DNA of 64,000 nt from an uncultured Candidatus Saccharibacteria bacterium (GTDB lineage: Bacteria > Patescibacteriota > Saccharimonadia > Saccharimonadales > 2-12-FULL-41-12), in assembly GCA_964521095.1 (NCBI GenBank), contig CAZFPJ010000003.1:12350-76349 (forward strand). The letters are read 5' to 3'. The notes below the pieces were generated by a model. That model saw only the letters and a list, made by a program, of their open reading frames with translations. It was not told the origin of the DNA and did no database searches. Position 1 is the stretch's first letter; each line of letters starts with the position of its first letter. This document shows positions 32,318 to 42,569 of this stretch, in pieces. The translations under genes were made by a program, and so were the position numbers.

Positions 32318-33361
32318 CTAAAAGTGTATATAGGTGCGAGTTTTTTCTTGGTCTTTGATATCATTAAGATATTCTTTGATGTTCTTAAAGTTGAACAAAA
32401 TATGTGATGCCTTAATTTTGTCACCCTTTTGCTCGTTATTCTTTACAATCTCTAGTCCATAGCCTGCCTCTACCACCCTAGAATATTGCCCTGGTTTTAG
32501 CGCAAAGAGCGAGTTAACTACTGTAGCAGATATGTCTCTATTGGATTTGTCTATCTCGAAGCCATAGTCTCCACCACTAGCCTTGGTAGATAGGTCTTCT
32601 GAGACTTCTTTTGCTAATGTCGCAAAATCTTTACCAGACTGCAGTTGCGCATAGGCATCGTTAGCTTTTTTGTGCGCCCCAGAGTCCAACGCCGACAAAA
32701 CCTTTTGCGACAGTAGTTGCTGTTTTAGACTCCGCTTGAAATCGTCAACCGACCAGCCCCAAAAATCTTTTAGAACAGTCTCGAACTCTTTGTTGTTGCC
32801 ACCCAGACGGTTCTGGCTACGCACTACTGCTATTTGGTCGTTGACTTCTTTATCTGTTACGGTAATACCTTTTTGTTTGGCAATCTTCTTTACATAAGCA
32901 TCGTCAATCACCTTTTCTAGCGCTCGTTTTTTGAACTCAGCTAACTGCCTCTGCCCTGCATCACTCTTAAAATCTAGTTGTTGTTGAGTCTTATAGTAGT
33001 GCGTGTAGTGGTTGATCTCGAACAAATAGTCTTCGTAAGAAACAAAGGTCGAACCAGTTCTGGCCACCGGGAAAGGCACTACGCTAGACACTCTATACAT
33101 AAACATTGATGTGTCTTGTAATTTATAAAGGGCTACCGCCGAATAAGCTAAAAAGCCTGCCCCAGCCAGTGCAATTAACGACAAAGTAATGGTTACTAGC
33201 CTTCTTTTTGACCGCCGAAGAGGATATATGTATTTGCGGGCACTACCCAATACCTCTTCTCTGTGCTCGGCCACTGTATCGTTAGTAATACGAGGCAAGC
33301 CCTGCGAACTTTCGGGCTCTTGCTTGTTCCTAGATAGTTTTTGCTTGATCTTATCTTTCAT
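32318..33361 (-). CDS. Membrane-anchored parvulin-type peptidyl-prolyl isomerase (PrsA/SurA-like)
   Basis: N-terminal TM helix, a SurA-N-like helical region, and a C-terminal PpiC-like region (FATLAKEVSED..S...GGDYGF......V...F.LKPGQYS.VVE...G..IV). Confidence 0.7.
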   Translation of the reverse strand: MKDKIKQKLSRNKQEPESSQGLPRITNDTVAEHREEVLGSARKYIYPLRRSKRRLVTITLSLIALAGAGFLAYSAVALYKLQDTSMFMYRVSSVVPFPVARTGSTFVSYEDYLFEINHYTHYYKTQQQLDFKSDAGQRQLAEFKKRALEKVIDDAYVKKIAKQKGITVTDKEVNDQIAVVRSQNRLGGNNKEFETVLKDFWGWSVDDFKRSLKQQLLSQKVLSALDSGAHKKANDAYAQLQSGKDFATLAKEVSEDLSTKASGGDYGFEIDKSNRDISATVVNSLFALKPGQYSRVVEAGYGLEIVKNNEQKGDKIKASHILFNFKNIKEYLNDIKDQEKTRTYIHF

Positions 33362-33884
33362 TTGACTCTTCTGCGTTCATCATTGGCGGGGTTACTGCGA
33401 TAACACCGTGTTCTCGCAATATGCCCAACAATTCCTTCTGGACTTTTGCCGGATGATGGATATCGTGTATCACCAAATCTCCCACAAATGTTTGCATCAT
33501 TATCGTACCATAACCTAGCAGGGTTTTCTCTAGGCCAGCAATTTGGTAGTTTACCATCTGAATCTGATTAAGACCTATGTCTATGACACTGCGGTTCCAA
33601 AAACCTTTTTGCGACACCTGTATCCACCTTTGGTCGGTCACAATAAAAACACTGTAGTACCAGCTCATCCAAGACGGAAAAAATACCACCACCGCCAAGA
33701 TAAAACCTCCAGCCAAACCACCAAACAGATAAGAATACTCTGGTTTTATAAGGGACGGCACCGTACCCAACAAAAGTGCAATCATAGAAAAGATGATACC
33801 CTTGCGCATAACAATAGGATGCTTGCGAAATACCAGCAACAACTCTTCGCCGTCTAGTTGATCTTCGAAATATTTATTGGGCAT
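33351..33884 (-). CDS. Membrane protein with a bacterial PH-like (YdbS/YdbT-type) domain
   Basis: GEELLLVFRKHPIVMRK followed by two TM helices and a soluble beta-rich domain. Assignment by pattern only. Confidence 0.45.
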   Translation of the reverse strand: MPNKYFEDQLDGEELLLVFRKHPIVMRKGIIFSMIALLLGTVPSLIKPEYSYLFGGLAGGFILAVVVFFPSWMSWYYSVFIVTDQRWIQVSQKGFWNRSVIDIGLNQIQMVNYQIAGLEKTLLGYGTIMMQTFVGDLVIHDIHHPAKVQKELLGILREHGVIAVTPPMMNAEESNER

Positions 33885-33919
33885 TGCTAACGCTTATTTT
33901 AACAGTTTGAAACGAGAGT

Positions 33920-33996
33920 TGGTACCCTGGGCAGGATTCGAACCTGCGACGCCCGCCTTAGGACGGCGGCGCTCTAATCCACTGAGCTACCAGGGC
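33920..33996 (-). tRNA. tRNA-Arg (anticodon CCU), CCA encoded
   Basis: GCCCTGG TA GCTC AGTGGATTA GAGC G CCGCC GTCCTAA GGCGG GCGTC GCAGG TTCGAAT CCTGC CCAGGGT A CCA. Confidence 0.92.
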
Positions 33997-34032
33997 GCAA
34001 AGCTACAGGGGTGATTATAGCATGTTCTACGC

Positions 34033-34497
34033 CTATTGGCGTTCGTTGTGTTCGTATATCAGGCTGTACTCTGACTTATCGTAGTCAAATAGCTCGTCGG
34101 CTAGGAAAAACCTAGCTACTTCGGACTCCCCGCTTTTTTTGCTGTCCGAAGCATGTATAAGATTTCGACCGGTACCAATAGATAAGTCTCCCCGTATGGT
34201 GCCAGCGTCAGCCTCTCTAGGGTTGGTAGAGCCAACCAGAACTCGTACCGAGTTAACACACTCGTAGCCTTCCCAGGCCATAACAACAACTGGCGAGCTT
34301 TTCATAAACTTTTCTAAGCCTTCATAAAAAGGTTTTTCTAGATGTTCTTGGTAGTGCGCTTGCAGTAATTCGCTACTTAACGCCAACATTTTAATACCGA
34401 TCAGTTTAAGGCCCTTGTTCTCGAAGCGACGAATCATCTCGCCAACTAAACCTCGCTGTACGGCGTCTGGTTTTGCAATAATAAGTGTTTTTTCCAC
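34033..34497 (-). CDS. ndk: Nucleoside diphosphate kinase
   Basis: EKTLIIAKPDAVQRGLVGEMI.RFE.KGLKLIG.K and NLIHASDS (active-site His) are typical of Ndk. Confidence 0.95.
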   Translation of the reverse strand: MEKTLIIAKPDAVQRGLVGEMIRRFENKGLKLIGIKMLALSSELLQAHYQEHLEKPFYEGLEKFMKSSPVVVMAWEGYECVNSVRVLVGSTNPREADAGTIRGDLSIGTGRNLIHASDSKKSGESEVARFFLADELFDYDKSEYSLIYEHNERQ

Positions 34498-34564
34498 GGT
34501 TTTTCCTTGATTACCAAAACATTATAACAGATAAGCCGTCCGAAGCTGGGTTACAATATAATAT

Positions 34565-35479
34565 ATGAAGATAGACATCTTGCTAGAAGATTTTTACGAG
34601 CACCTAGAGATAGAGCAAAATCGCTCCCAGAAAACTATCGAAAACTATCGACACTATCTGACTCGCCTGGTCGACTACGCCGGAGATATCGACATCAAAG
34701 AAGTTACGCCCGACCTTGTTCGCAAGTGGCGACTTTGGCTAAACCGGCTTGGCACTAACACCAGTGATGAACTCAAGAAAACTACCCAAAATTATCACCT
34801 TATTGCCCTACGCAGTTTTTTAAAATATTGTGCCAAACGCGACATAGACGCCCTGAGCGCAGACAAAATAGAACTGGCTCGAACCAAACGACCACAAGTG
34901 ACATTCTTGACCAGCGAAGAGATGACCAGGTTACTGTCCGAGCCAGACACTTCTACTGTGGCTGGCTTGCGGGACAGAGCTATTTTGGAACTACTTTATT
35001 CCAGCGGACTACGAGTCTCGGAACTGGTTGGCCTTAACCGCGACCATATTAACCTCAAAAGGCGCGAATTTATGGTACGAGGAAAAGGCCAAAAAGATCG
35101 CCCAATCTTCATCAGCCAAGAGGCCTCGACCTGGGTAGAACAATACTTGCAAAAAAGAGAAGACAACAGCAATCCGTTGTTTGCTCGGACTGGTGGCACC
35201 AAAAAGGCCTCTGTCTCTGGCAACTACCTCCGGCTAAGTGCCCGCAGTGTTCAACGCCTTGTGGCCCGCTACGCCCTACTGGCTGGCATTACCAAACATG
35301 TTAGTCCACATACTTTGCGTCATAGCTTCGCGACAGATCTAGTTATGAACGGAGCCGACCTGCGAAGCGTGCAGGCCATGCTTGGACACAGCAATATTGC
35401 AACTACACAGATCTATACCCACTTAACAGATCCGCACCTCAAGTCTGTGCACGAAAAGTTTCACCGAAAAGCAGATTAG
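34565..35479 (+). CDS. Tyrosine recombinase, XerC/XerD family
   Basis: SAM-like N-domain. The catalytic domain has RDRAILELLYSSGLRVSEL, HTLRHSFATDL and GHSNIATTQIYTH. Confidence 0.85.
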   Translation: MKIDILLEDFYEHLEIEQNRSQKTIENYRHYLTRLVDYAGDIDIKEVTPDLVRKWRLWLNRLGTNTSDELKKTTQNYHLIALRSFLKYCAKRDIDALSADKIELARTKRPQVTFLTSEEMTRLLSEPDTSTVAGLRDRAILELLYSSGLRVSELVGLNRDHINLKRREFMVRGKGQKDRPIFISQEASTWVEQYLQKREDNSNPLFARTGGTKKASVSGNYLRLSARSVQRLVARYALLAGITKHVSPHTLRHSFATDLVMNGADLRSVQAMLGHSNIATTQIYTHLTDPHLKSVHEKFHRKAD

Positions 35480-36552
35480 TAGCTACAACTGTCGTTGGAG
35501 TAACCCGGGTAAACATCTACTAGCTTACACAGATTGCCCGAGGTCTTGATGGCGTAGTCAGAAGTCTCGTAGCCGGGGATAACCGGCACGCGCACTTGGA
35601 TGCGCTTTAGCACATCGTTAGCCTTGCCCGTAGAGTCAATTACAATCTGCCCATTTTTAAAGTTTACTGGCTGGCCATCTGCGCTTGTGCCAGATATAGA
35701 TACTTTACTACCGTCTCTGTACAATGTTTTTATACGCAAATACATCTGCGCATCGCCAACCATATCCATGCCAGTCACAGTAATCTTGCATTTATAAGGC
35801 GTACCAGTAGCAGAACATATAGCACTGGACAATATACCAGAGTTCTCCCCTCTGTTATTACCTCTGTTTGGGGTAGAGTCTGTACCGCCTGGATAGGCAA
35901 ATATAACTGCATCATTATCTATTAAAACATCCCTCTTTAAAGACTCCGAGCTGGCGTTGATAAACTCAAGGCGGAGCATGCCAATCTCGCAGTTGGCACC
36001 ATAGCTACTACTCGGCGGCAAAGAACTGCCGTCACCGCAGCTAAATTTACTTCCACCTCCTGACGCAATTGTGTCTTCCCAGCTGATTGTTAAACTACTA
36101 ATACCAGTAGCATTGCCATTTTGGATTGGCATCATCGTCGCCGACCCCGAACCTACATTTGCTAGCTCAATAGTTGGTGGCTCTCTGTCATATAGGATAC
36201 AAGTGTATTTTATGGTCGAGTCGTCCCCAACCTGACCAGCGCTCTGTTCAGTGTCAGCTCCAGATATATTTTTCAGGGTTGGGACGCCATCGCAGGTTGT
36301 CTTCTTTTTTGGCAATACCGACTCATCGGCTGTTAGGTTTTTGCGGATGTACTCTACGGTGTCATTTACGCCCGATTCTGCTGCATAAGACGCCTGAGCG
36401 CTTAGCTGTCTGTCTAGCGACTGACGCTGTTCTCTGTTAGCGTTGCGGGCCATGGCTAGGACGATTAGTGTCAAAATCATAATCATTAGCATCACGATTA
36501 TGATAGAGGCCACTCCTCTTTCGTCTTTTTTTAACAGATTAAATCGCTTCAT
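35476..36552 (-). CDS. PilX-N-like pilus assembly protein / minor pilin-like protein (358 aa)
   Basis: N-terminus ERGVASIIIVMLMIMILTLIVLAMARNANREQRQS resembles the PilX N-terminal hydrophobic segment. Last gene of the pilus locus. Confidence 0.5.
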   Translation of the reverse strand: MKRFNLLKKDERGVASIIIVMLMIMILTLIVLAMARNANREQRQSLDRQLSAQASYAAESGVNDTVEYIRKNLTADESVLPKKKTTCDGVPTLKNISGADTEQSAGQVGDDSTIKYTCILYDREPPTIELANVGSGSATMMPIQNGNATGISSLTISWEDTIASGGGSKFSCGDGSSLPPSSSYGANCEIGMLRLEFINASSESLKRDVLIDNDAVIFAYPGGTDSTPNRGNNRGENSGILSSAICSATGTPYKCKITVTGMDMVGDAQMYLRIKTLYRDGSKVSISGTSADGQPVNFKNGQIVIDSTGKANDVLKRIQVRVPVIPGYETSDYAIKTSGNLCKLVDVYPGYSNDSCSY

Positions 36553-36561
36553 AAATTGTCC

Positions 36562-37179
36562 TTATTCTAACCGCCTTTTAACGGTTGTGTCTAGCGTCGA
36601 GGTCGCGCAGAAGTTACTGCCAGCAATACCACTCCTGCAGAGCGTATCGGGCAGATTGCCTTCGAGCACCCCTGTAGTTTGGTTATAGGTCGTTAGTAAG
36701 TCACTATCGCCATAAGCCAGCCCTACAGTAACTTTGTATATACCACCACTAGCAGGAGTCACAGAAAACTGTATTAAACGCATGTTTTGGCCCAAAAGCT
36801 CCGTGCCGGCGCCAGTACCAGCCACGCAGTCAGAACCAGCCGATATGGAGTCTGTTACAAGCCCATGATTTGCCCCTTCTAGCGGTATTCCAAGCCAATA
36901 AGTATATCTATTTGTACCAATACATATTGCGTTTGGTGCTGGCTCGCCCGCAGGACTCGTCTTAAAGGCTTTGCTGTCGCTATACTGCAAATCTTCGCTA
37001 ACACTCTGCACAATACTTCTAGATACCTCTTGGGTCTTAGCAGAAATCAGTCCCTTATAGTACACTCTGCCGATCTGCACAATCGCCATACTAGCCCCTA
37101 GCAAGACTATGCTAAAAACAGTCGTTGCAATTAACAGCTCTATTATCGTAAATCCAGATTGTTGGTTTTTTACGCGCAT
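36562..37179 (-). CDS. Prepilin-type minor pilin (PilW-like)
   Basis: Start moved to Met23 of the track ORF, giving the leader MRVKNQQSG / FTIIELLIATTVFSIVLLG (prepilin cleavage/methylation motif, Glu at +5). Confidence 0.75.
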   Translation of the reverse strand: MRVKNQQSGFTIIELLIATTVFSIVLLGASMAIVQIGRVYYKGLISAKTQEVSRSIVQSVSEDLQYSDSKAFKTSPAGEPAPNAICIGTNRYTYWLGIPLEGANHGLVTDSISAGSDCVAGTGAGTELLGQNMRLIQFSVTPASGGIYKVTVGLAYGDSDLLTTYNQTTGVLEGNLPDTLCRSGIAGSNFCATSTLDTTVKRRLE

Positions 37180-37305
37180 TACCCGCCTAACACCTTTAAA
37201 AGCATAACCTTTACTGTAAATCATTAACCCGACAAGGGCAAGCAATAGCGTATAGACTACCCTCAGTCTTTTGTAGTAAACTTAAGCTTAAAGTAAGGAG
37301 TACTT

Positions 37306-37803
37306 ATGAAAAAGAAGATATTAATAGCCTTTCTTGTTTTTATAGTTGGCATATCCATTGGTGCTGGGGTTGTATTTATGCTCTTATCTCAGTCGGGCAA
37401 AACCGAGTCAGTAACACTAGATAATAATACGGCCCAAAACGCGAAGATTGATCAAAAAACCCCAGAGAACACTATTAGCCCTCAAGAGATAGCAACGAAT
37501 CCCCAAAAATACCTCGATAAACAAATCAAAGTCTACGGCATCATTAATAAAATTAACGATGAACAATATTCCATAGCCAGCACAAACCCCAAAGAAACAC
37601 TGGGTTTGCGCATCGACTTCTCGCAATCAAACGTAAATCCAAACGATTATGCTAACCCTTCTATAAAAGCCGGTAGCGATGAAACCATCATAAAGAATGC
37701 TAAACTCAAAGATCCAGTAACTGTTGTAGGGGCAGTAAAACAATCTAACTTGGACAATAATTCATACACAATAGCCCTTTATGTGATATCTATAGCAAAA
37801 TAG
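37306..37803 (+). CDS. Hypothetical secreted/anchored protein (165 aa), the only plus-strand gene inside the pilus locus
   Basis: ORF track; N-terminal hydrophobic helix ILIAFLVFIVGISIGAGVVFMLL. No recognised motif. Confidence 0.45.
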   Translation: MKKKILIAFLVFIVGISIGAGVVFMLLSQSGKTESVTLDNNTAQNAKIDQKTPENTISPQEIATNPQKYLDKQIKVYGIINKINDEQYSIASTNPKETLGLRIDFSQSNVNPNDYANPSIKAGSDETIIKNAKLKDPVTVVGAVKQSNLDNNSYTIALYVISIAK

Positions 37804-37809
37804 CTCTTA

Positions 37810-39048
37810 CTAAGAAGGGCATGTCCTGGTATCTGTATATCCAGTCACCTGCCATTTTGACACCCAAACAGCAGTGCTCGTAGAATTGACATAGTAAAAA
37901 TCATAAAGATACTGTTTTTTACCATTGAGCACCCTAGGACTGATGCTTGTATTCCCATTTGCCCATCTCCAGACATCCCGTCCAGCTAAACCCTCAGGGT
38001 CCGGGGATTGTGGCATAGTAACATGCTGAGGGGCGGTGCCAAATGGATAATTATTAGCATTATACCAATGGCTCTTTATGTAGCTACCTATTGAGTAAGT
38101 GGTGTCGTATCTATCTATTACATTTACCCAGTCGTACTGTGGAGTGTTGGCTGATCCGGTACATACAGGGGCTATCAAAAAGTCAATCGAATAAGTCTTG
38201 CCTGCTGCTTCAAGTGGAGTCTTGGTAGGTAGTGACGCTGATTTTGAACCATTCTCTGCCGGACTCTCGACTGTCCCGCAAGACTTATAGTCATTGGGTA
38301 AAGTATATGTTGCAGTATAAGTGGTACTAGGTTCTAGCCCCGAGAATAATGCGCCCGAGCTTGCGTCTGTTCCCATGGTGAATCCACCAGGATTCAACAA
38401 TACAGAGATTCCTGACTTATTTACCCTGCCAGCAGAGAAACAAGATGCAGTGGTTTTGTCTGAATTGGGAGGGATTTTTTTGACTGTCACATAAATATTA
38501 GGTGGTATTGGCAGGCAAGCACTGCCATTAGACTCATACAGAGCAGGCTGAGCGCATCCGCCAACACCCCCTGTGGTTGTACCTGTCAGGTCTGGCGCCG
38601 AGCCGTTGGTGGCGTAAACTTTGTAAGCGGTTTTTAGGGTGTCTTTGCCCTGTCCGTTTATCCTGTCCCACTCTGTGGTTGCTATATACGAGCCATCGGC
38701 GAGGACTATCTTGGTGGCATAACGGCTGTCTGTACCCGTTTTGCAATCACTACTCGTTGCCGGATTTTTAACAAGGCTCATGTCGCTAGATTTTATGCAA
38801 AAAGCCTTTTCGTCCCCTGTCACAGCTGGCGCTGGTTGCTCTTTACCCGGCTGTGCCAAATAAGCCTTTAGAAGTTCTATCTGAGTATTGTTGATCTTTT
38901 GGGCCTCACTGCGCTCTTGCGACTGCCGATTACCCAAAGTAGCCCGGTTAGCCAGCGCATAAGAGATAGATAATATCAGGCTTAGTACAGCCACAGAGAT
39001 TAGAACTTCTGCTATGGTGTCTCCGCGTTGACTCTTGAAAATTTTCAT
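37810..39048 (-). CDS. Large prepilin-like protein (412 aa) with a ~370-aa C-terminal globular region
   Basis: N-terminus MKIFKSQRG / DTIAEVLISVAVLSLILSISYALA (Gly then Glu at +5), followed by a large Cys-containing domain. Confidence 0.65.
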   Translation of the reverse strand: MKIFKSQRGDTIAEVLISVAVLSLILSISYALANRATLGNRQSQERSEAQKINNTQIELLKAYLAQPGKEQPAPAVTGDEKAFCIKSSDMSLVKNPATSSDCKTGTDSRYATKIVLADGSYIATTEWDRINGQGKDTLKTAYKVYATNGSAPDLTGTTTGGVGGCAQPALYESNGSACLPIPPNIYVTVKKIPPNSDKTTASCFSAGRVNKSGISVLLNPGGFTMGTDASSGALFSGLEPSTTYTATYTLPNDYKSCGTVESPAENGSKSASLPTKTPLEAAGKTYSIDFLIAPVCTGSANTPQYDWVNVIDRYDTTYSIGSYIKSHWYNANNYPFGTAPQHVTMPQSPDPEGLAGRDVWRWANGNTSISPRVLNGKKQYLYDFYYVNSTSTAVWVSKWQVTGYTDTRTCPS

Positions 39049-39051
39049 ACT

Positions 39052-39816
39052 TTAGCACCCATCATAATTATCTATATTTACTACGCTAGTTGTCTGGGAA
39101 GAACCTACACCAATCTTGATGGTTGCCTTTCGGCCATTGGTGGCGTCGCCATCTTCTGCCAAGCAAATGACCACTCCGTTTGAAGCTGGTTGCCAAGCAT
39201 TACTGCCGGTCTTTGTCGCCAACTGCGACTTGATAGCTCCCGACTTAAAGCCCTCGCCAGAAGCGTTTGCCGTGCCAAAACCTGTTAAAACACCCATCTT
39301 GTCTACATCTGTGCCAGCTGTGCGGATCTTAGTTATTTGCACCCCTGCCGACAGCTCTCCGCTATCCGAGGCGAACACTCCGTCCCACTCTGAGACATTT
39401 GCTTCGCTCAAACTAGAAACATCTTTGCCATCCATTGCCCCACCTATAGTTCGATTGCCCACCAGAGTCCTAACATCAAACTTTGCCCCATTACTGGAGT
39501 TTTTGGCAATAGACTTGCCCAAAAATATACAGCCGTCGTGCTTGCCTTGTTCACTGCCCGGACCAGGATCGTTCTTAGGGCCACTGGCGCTGGCAAAACA
39601 GGTAAAATCTCCGTTTGTCGGAAAGTAGCCGGTGTCTACATCGTTCATAATATCTTGCAGTTTTTGGTTAAAGGTATTCACGCTTTCGGTAAACTGATTG
39701 CGCCTATTTTGCATGCTCATGGCTCCAACAACAGAGGCAAAGATTAACGAGCTAACCGTCAAAAATATCATTGTCTCAATGATTGTGTACCCACTGCTGG
39801 CCCTGTTAGGCTTCAT
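39052..39816 (-). CDS. Prepilin-type minor pilin (254 aa)
   Basis: MKPNRASSG / YTIIETMIFLTVSSLIFASVVG: prepilin cleavage motif. Confidence 0.75.
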   Translation of the reverse strand: MKPNRASSGYTIIETMIFLTVSSLIFASVVGAMSMQNRRNQFTESVNTFNQKLQDIMNDVDTGYFPTNGDFTCFASASGPKNDPGPGSEQGKHDGCIFLGKSIAKNSSNGAKFDVRTLVGNRTIGGAMDGKDVSSLSEANVSEWDGVFASDSGELSAGVQITKIRTAGTDVDKMGVLTGFGTANASGEGFKSGAIKSQLATKTGSNAWQPASNGVVICLAEDGDATNGRKATIKIGVGSSQTTSVVNIDNYDGC

Positions 39817-39852
39817 GGGGTTAATTATATAGCATAAGGGGTTTACTGACTA

Positions 39853-40680
39853 CTAAAGCCCCAGAAATGTCTCAGCGTACCAATCTATGAGGCTTTGGCC
39901 AAAAAACAGAGTGATGATTGTTGCGATTATCAAAAACGGACCAAACGGTATGCGCGTTGTGGGCGAGATCTTGCGAGCCAGCATAAAAGGTAGCGAAAAC
40001 AGCGTGCCCAAAAGCGATGCCAAAAATAGCATCAGACCCGCCTTTGTAGGGCTAGCCAGCACCAAACCCAGGACAAAGCCCAGTTTTACATCTCCACCGC
40101 CAATCCAGCGCCCACTAGACGCATGAAACAACACAAAAAACAGCCCTCCGCCCACCAAGACTCCAAGAGCTGTATCTAAAATTGCTCGCCCACTGTCGGC
40201 CTGCAAAATTTGGCAAAGCGCAAAGGCAGATGCAACCCCCAAAAGCACAAAGACAATCTTGTTTGGCAACAACATCCAGCGTAGGTCGTAAACTACCAAC
40301 GCCATCAGGCCAACCAATAACGCCAACCACAAGCCAAAAGATACAACTGGTAAAATTCCGACCAAAGCAACTGGCCAAAAAATATAAGAAAACACAAACA
40401 AGCCAGCCGTTAACAACTCTACCAACGGATACTGCCAGCTAATTGGTTTTTTGCAGTACCGACATTTGCCGGCTTGGGCTAGCCAGCTCAGCACTGGCAA
40501 CAGGTCTATGGCACTCAGCACATGCCCACAGTCGACACACTGCGACCGGCCACGCACAATAGAGTATTTAGTCTTTTGTTTTTTGGCCTTTGCCTTGTCT
40601 TGTTTGTGCAAGCGCCAAACAAGCGCGTTTACAAAGCTACCAAAACACAACCCCAAGACCACAAGAACTGCAACAATCAT
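39853..40680 (-). CDS. pilD: Prepilin peptidase (A24 family)
   Basis: CFGSFVNALVWR, CxxC...CxxC (CVDCGH, CRYCKK), and the GGGDVKL catalytic Asp motif. Confidence 0.9.
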   Translation of the reverse strand: MIVAVLVVLGLCFGSFVNALVWRLHKQDKAKAKKQKTKYSIVRGRSQCVDCGHVLSAIDLLPVLSWLAQAGKCRYCKKPISWQYPLVELLTAGLFVFSYIFWPVALVGILPVVSFGLWLALLVGLMALVVYDLRWMLLPNKIVFVLLGVASAFALCQILQADSGRAILDTALGVLVGGGLFFVLFHASSGRWIGGGDVKLGFVLGLVLASPTKAGLMLFLASLLGTLFSLPFMLARKISPTTRIPFGPFLIIATIITLFFGQSLIDWYAETFLGL

Positions 40681-40700
40681 TAGCAGTTACTATAGCACAA

Positions 40701-40728
40701 CAAAAAATAGGGCGATTGCTCGCCCTAT
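40701..40728 (-). terminator. Rho-independent terminator after pilA
   Basis: Reverse strand ATAGGGCGA-GCAA-TCGCCCTAT followed by TTTTTTG, 23 nt after the pilA stop. Confidence 0.75.
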
Positions 40729-40750
40729 GGTTGGTGTTAGCTAATTTATT

Positions 40751-41209
40751 TTAACTATCCTGACACTGTTGTGATGGCTCTCCACTTGTCTCAACAGAAT
40801 AGTACACAGCAACGGCTCTTGCGTTTGTCTGCTCATCACAACGAGCACCCAGCCTAACCTGCACAGTGCCTGCGTCTGGAGGAGAAGTTGGCACATCACT
40901 TATAACGCTAACAGCTGTACCCCCGTTTACTTTCGTAGTTTGAGTTGGGGTGTCTGAACCTCGAGATATGGTAATCTCGCCAGTACCGCTTATATTCGTC
41001 GGCATTTTGCCATTATTGTTTGATTGGTACTCAGAAATACCTCCAAGCACATTTTGAACATCTGTTTTCAATTGAGTATTACGGCTGTTGCGTTGCAAAG
41101 CCGGTACAGCTAGAAACACAATTAGAAGTATTAGCCCTGCAATGGCTAGAACAATTAGCACCTCGATGATGGTAAAGCCCTTTTGGTTAGTTTGTAGTTT
41201 GGTTTTCAT
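40751..41209 (-). CDS. pilA: Major type IV pilin
   Basis: MKTKLQTNQKG / FTIIEVLIVLAIAGLILLIVFLAVPALQRN; C-terminal Cys pair (C...C) as in the pilin D-region. Followed by its own terminator. Confidence 0.85.
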   Translation of the reverse strand: MKTKLQTNQKGFTIIEVLIVLAIAGLILLIVFLAVPALQRNSRNTQLKTDVQNVLGGISEYQSNNNGKMPTNISGTGEITISRGSDTPTQTTKVNGGTAVSVISDVPTSPPDAGTVQVRLGARCDEQTNARAVAVYYSVETSGEPSQQCQDS

Positions 41210-41326
41210 AAGTTTATTCCACCCTTTTTATGATAAAAATATTTAAAATTACGCTTACGCTTACCAGAATAATACTGTTTAAGCTAGCAAAAATCAATAT
41301 ACTAATCTCATAATTGCCCACAAGGG

Positions 41327-42553
41327 CTACTTTATGAGGTTCTTGCCGGCTAGGCCATAGATGGGCAAAAGCACCGCTGCTACTACTGTAAACGCCATAA
41401 TACCCAGCAAGACCATTAGCAGTGGCTCTATGAGGGTGCTAATAGTTTTTATCTGCTGGTCTACCTCTTTTTCGTAGTAGTCGGCCACCTTTTCTAGCAT
41501 ATCCTCAATAGCACCCGACTGCTCACCAATATGTAACATGTTTGGTACAAGGTCCAAAAAGTTCGGGTCGCCCTCTATAGCTTCGCTAAGCGACTTACCG
41601 CCTTTAACCTTGTCGATCGCCTTGGCAATAGAGTTTTCGATATGAACATTGTTAACAGATTTGCCGGTAATCTCTAGCATCTGAATAAGTGGCACCCCGC
41701 TGGCAACCAAGGTGTTGGCGGTACGAGCAAACCGCGCCATATAGAGCTTCATAAACAACGGACCAAACGGCCAGGCTGTCATCTTGAACTTATCTATAAC
41801 CTCTCGCCCACCCGGAGTCCGAGCGTATTTGGTGGTGGCAAAAATAGCCAAAATTGTTAGCAACAATACAACCCACCAATATTTGGTAGTAAAGTGCGAC
41901 ACAGCCAGCAATATCTTGGTGACCAAAGGCAGGCTAGCACCCGGCAAATCTTTGTATATTACCTCTACCTGAGGCAAAACCTTTACCACCATAAAGCCAA
42001 TTACGGCAAACATGACAAATACCACCACTGCCGGATAAGCCATGGCACCACGAACTTTGCTAATGATCTCGGCGTCTTTTTCTTGCTGGTAGGCAATCCG
42101 TTCTAAGGCTTTATCTAGCGTACCCGAAGCCTCGCCAGCAGAGATAAGGTTAACATAAATACTATTAAATACAGTTGGGTGCTTTTCGAGGGCTACAGAA
42201 AAGGCTTTTCCGCCCTCTACGCTAGAGATAATGTCGTTTATGACCACTTTGAACGCTTTGTTTTCTGTCTGGTCGACTACTTGGCGCAAGCTCTGAACCA
42301 GTGGCAAACCAGCGTTAATAAGGGTCGACATCTGCCTGGAAAAAACAATCTTTTCTTTGGTGCGAATCCGGTCGCGAAACTTGTCTAAAAAGCTAAACGC
42401 ACCACCACCGCCACCTTCTACCTCTATGGTTATGGGCGCTAAGCCTTCGCCTTTTATGAGCTTGGCGGCAGAAGACTCGTTGTCGGCCTGAACCTGGGCT
42501 TTAACCTTTTTGCCAGAGGACGGATCGCGTGCGGTGTAGTTGTAAGTTAACAT
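41327..42553 (-). CDS. pilC: Type IV pilus platform protein (GspF/PilC family)
   Basis: 408 aa with the two-repeat T2SS-F architecture and 3 TM segments. Confidence 0.9.
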   Translation of the reverse strand: MLTYNYTARDPSSGKKVKAQVQADNESSAAKLIKGEGLAPITIEVEGGGGGAFSFLDKFRDRIRTKEKIVFSRQMSTLINAGLPLVQSLRQVVDQTENKAFKVVINDIISSVEGGKAFSVALEKHPTVFNSIYVNLISAGEASGTLDKALERIAYQQEKDAEIISKVRGAMAYPAVVVFVMFAVIGFMVVKVLPQVEVIYKDLPGASLPLVTKILLAVSHFTTKYWWVVLLLTILAIFATTKYARTPGGREVIDKFKMTAWPFGPLFMKLYMARFARTANTLVASGVPLIQMLEITGKSVNNVHIENSIAKAIDKVKGGKSLSEAIEGDPNFLDLVPNMLHIGEQSGAIEDMLEKVADYYEKEVDQQIKTISTLIEPLLMVLLGIMAFTVVAAVLLPIYGLAGKNLIK

Positions 42554-42569
42554 AGTAAAGCTCTGGTTT

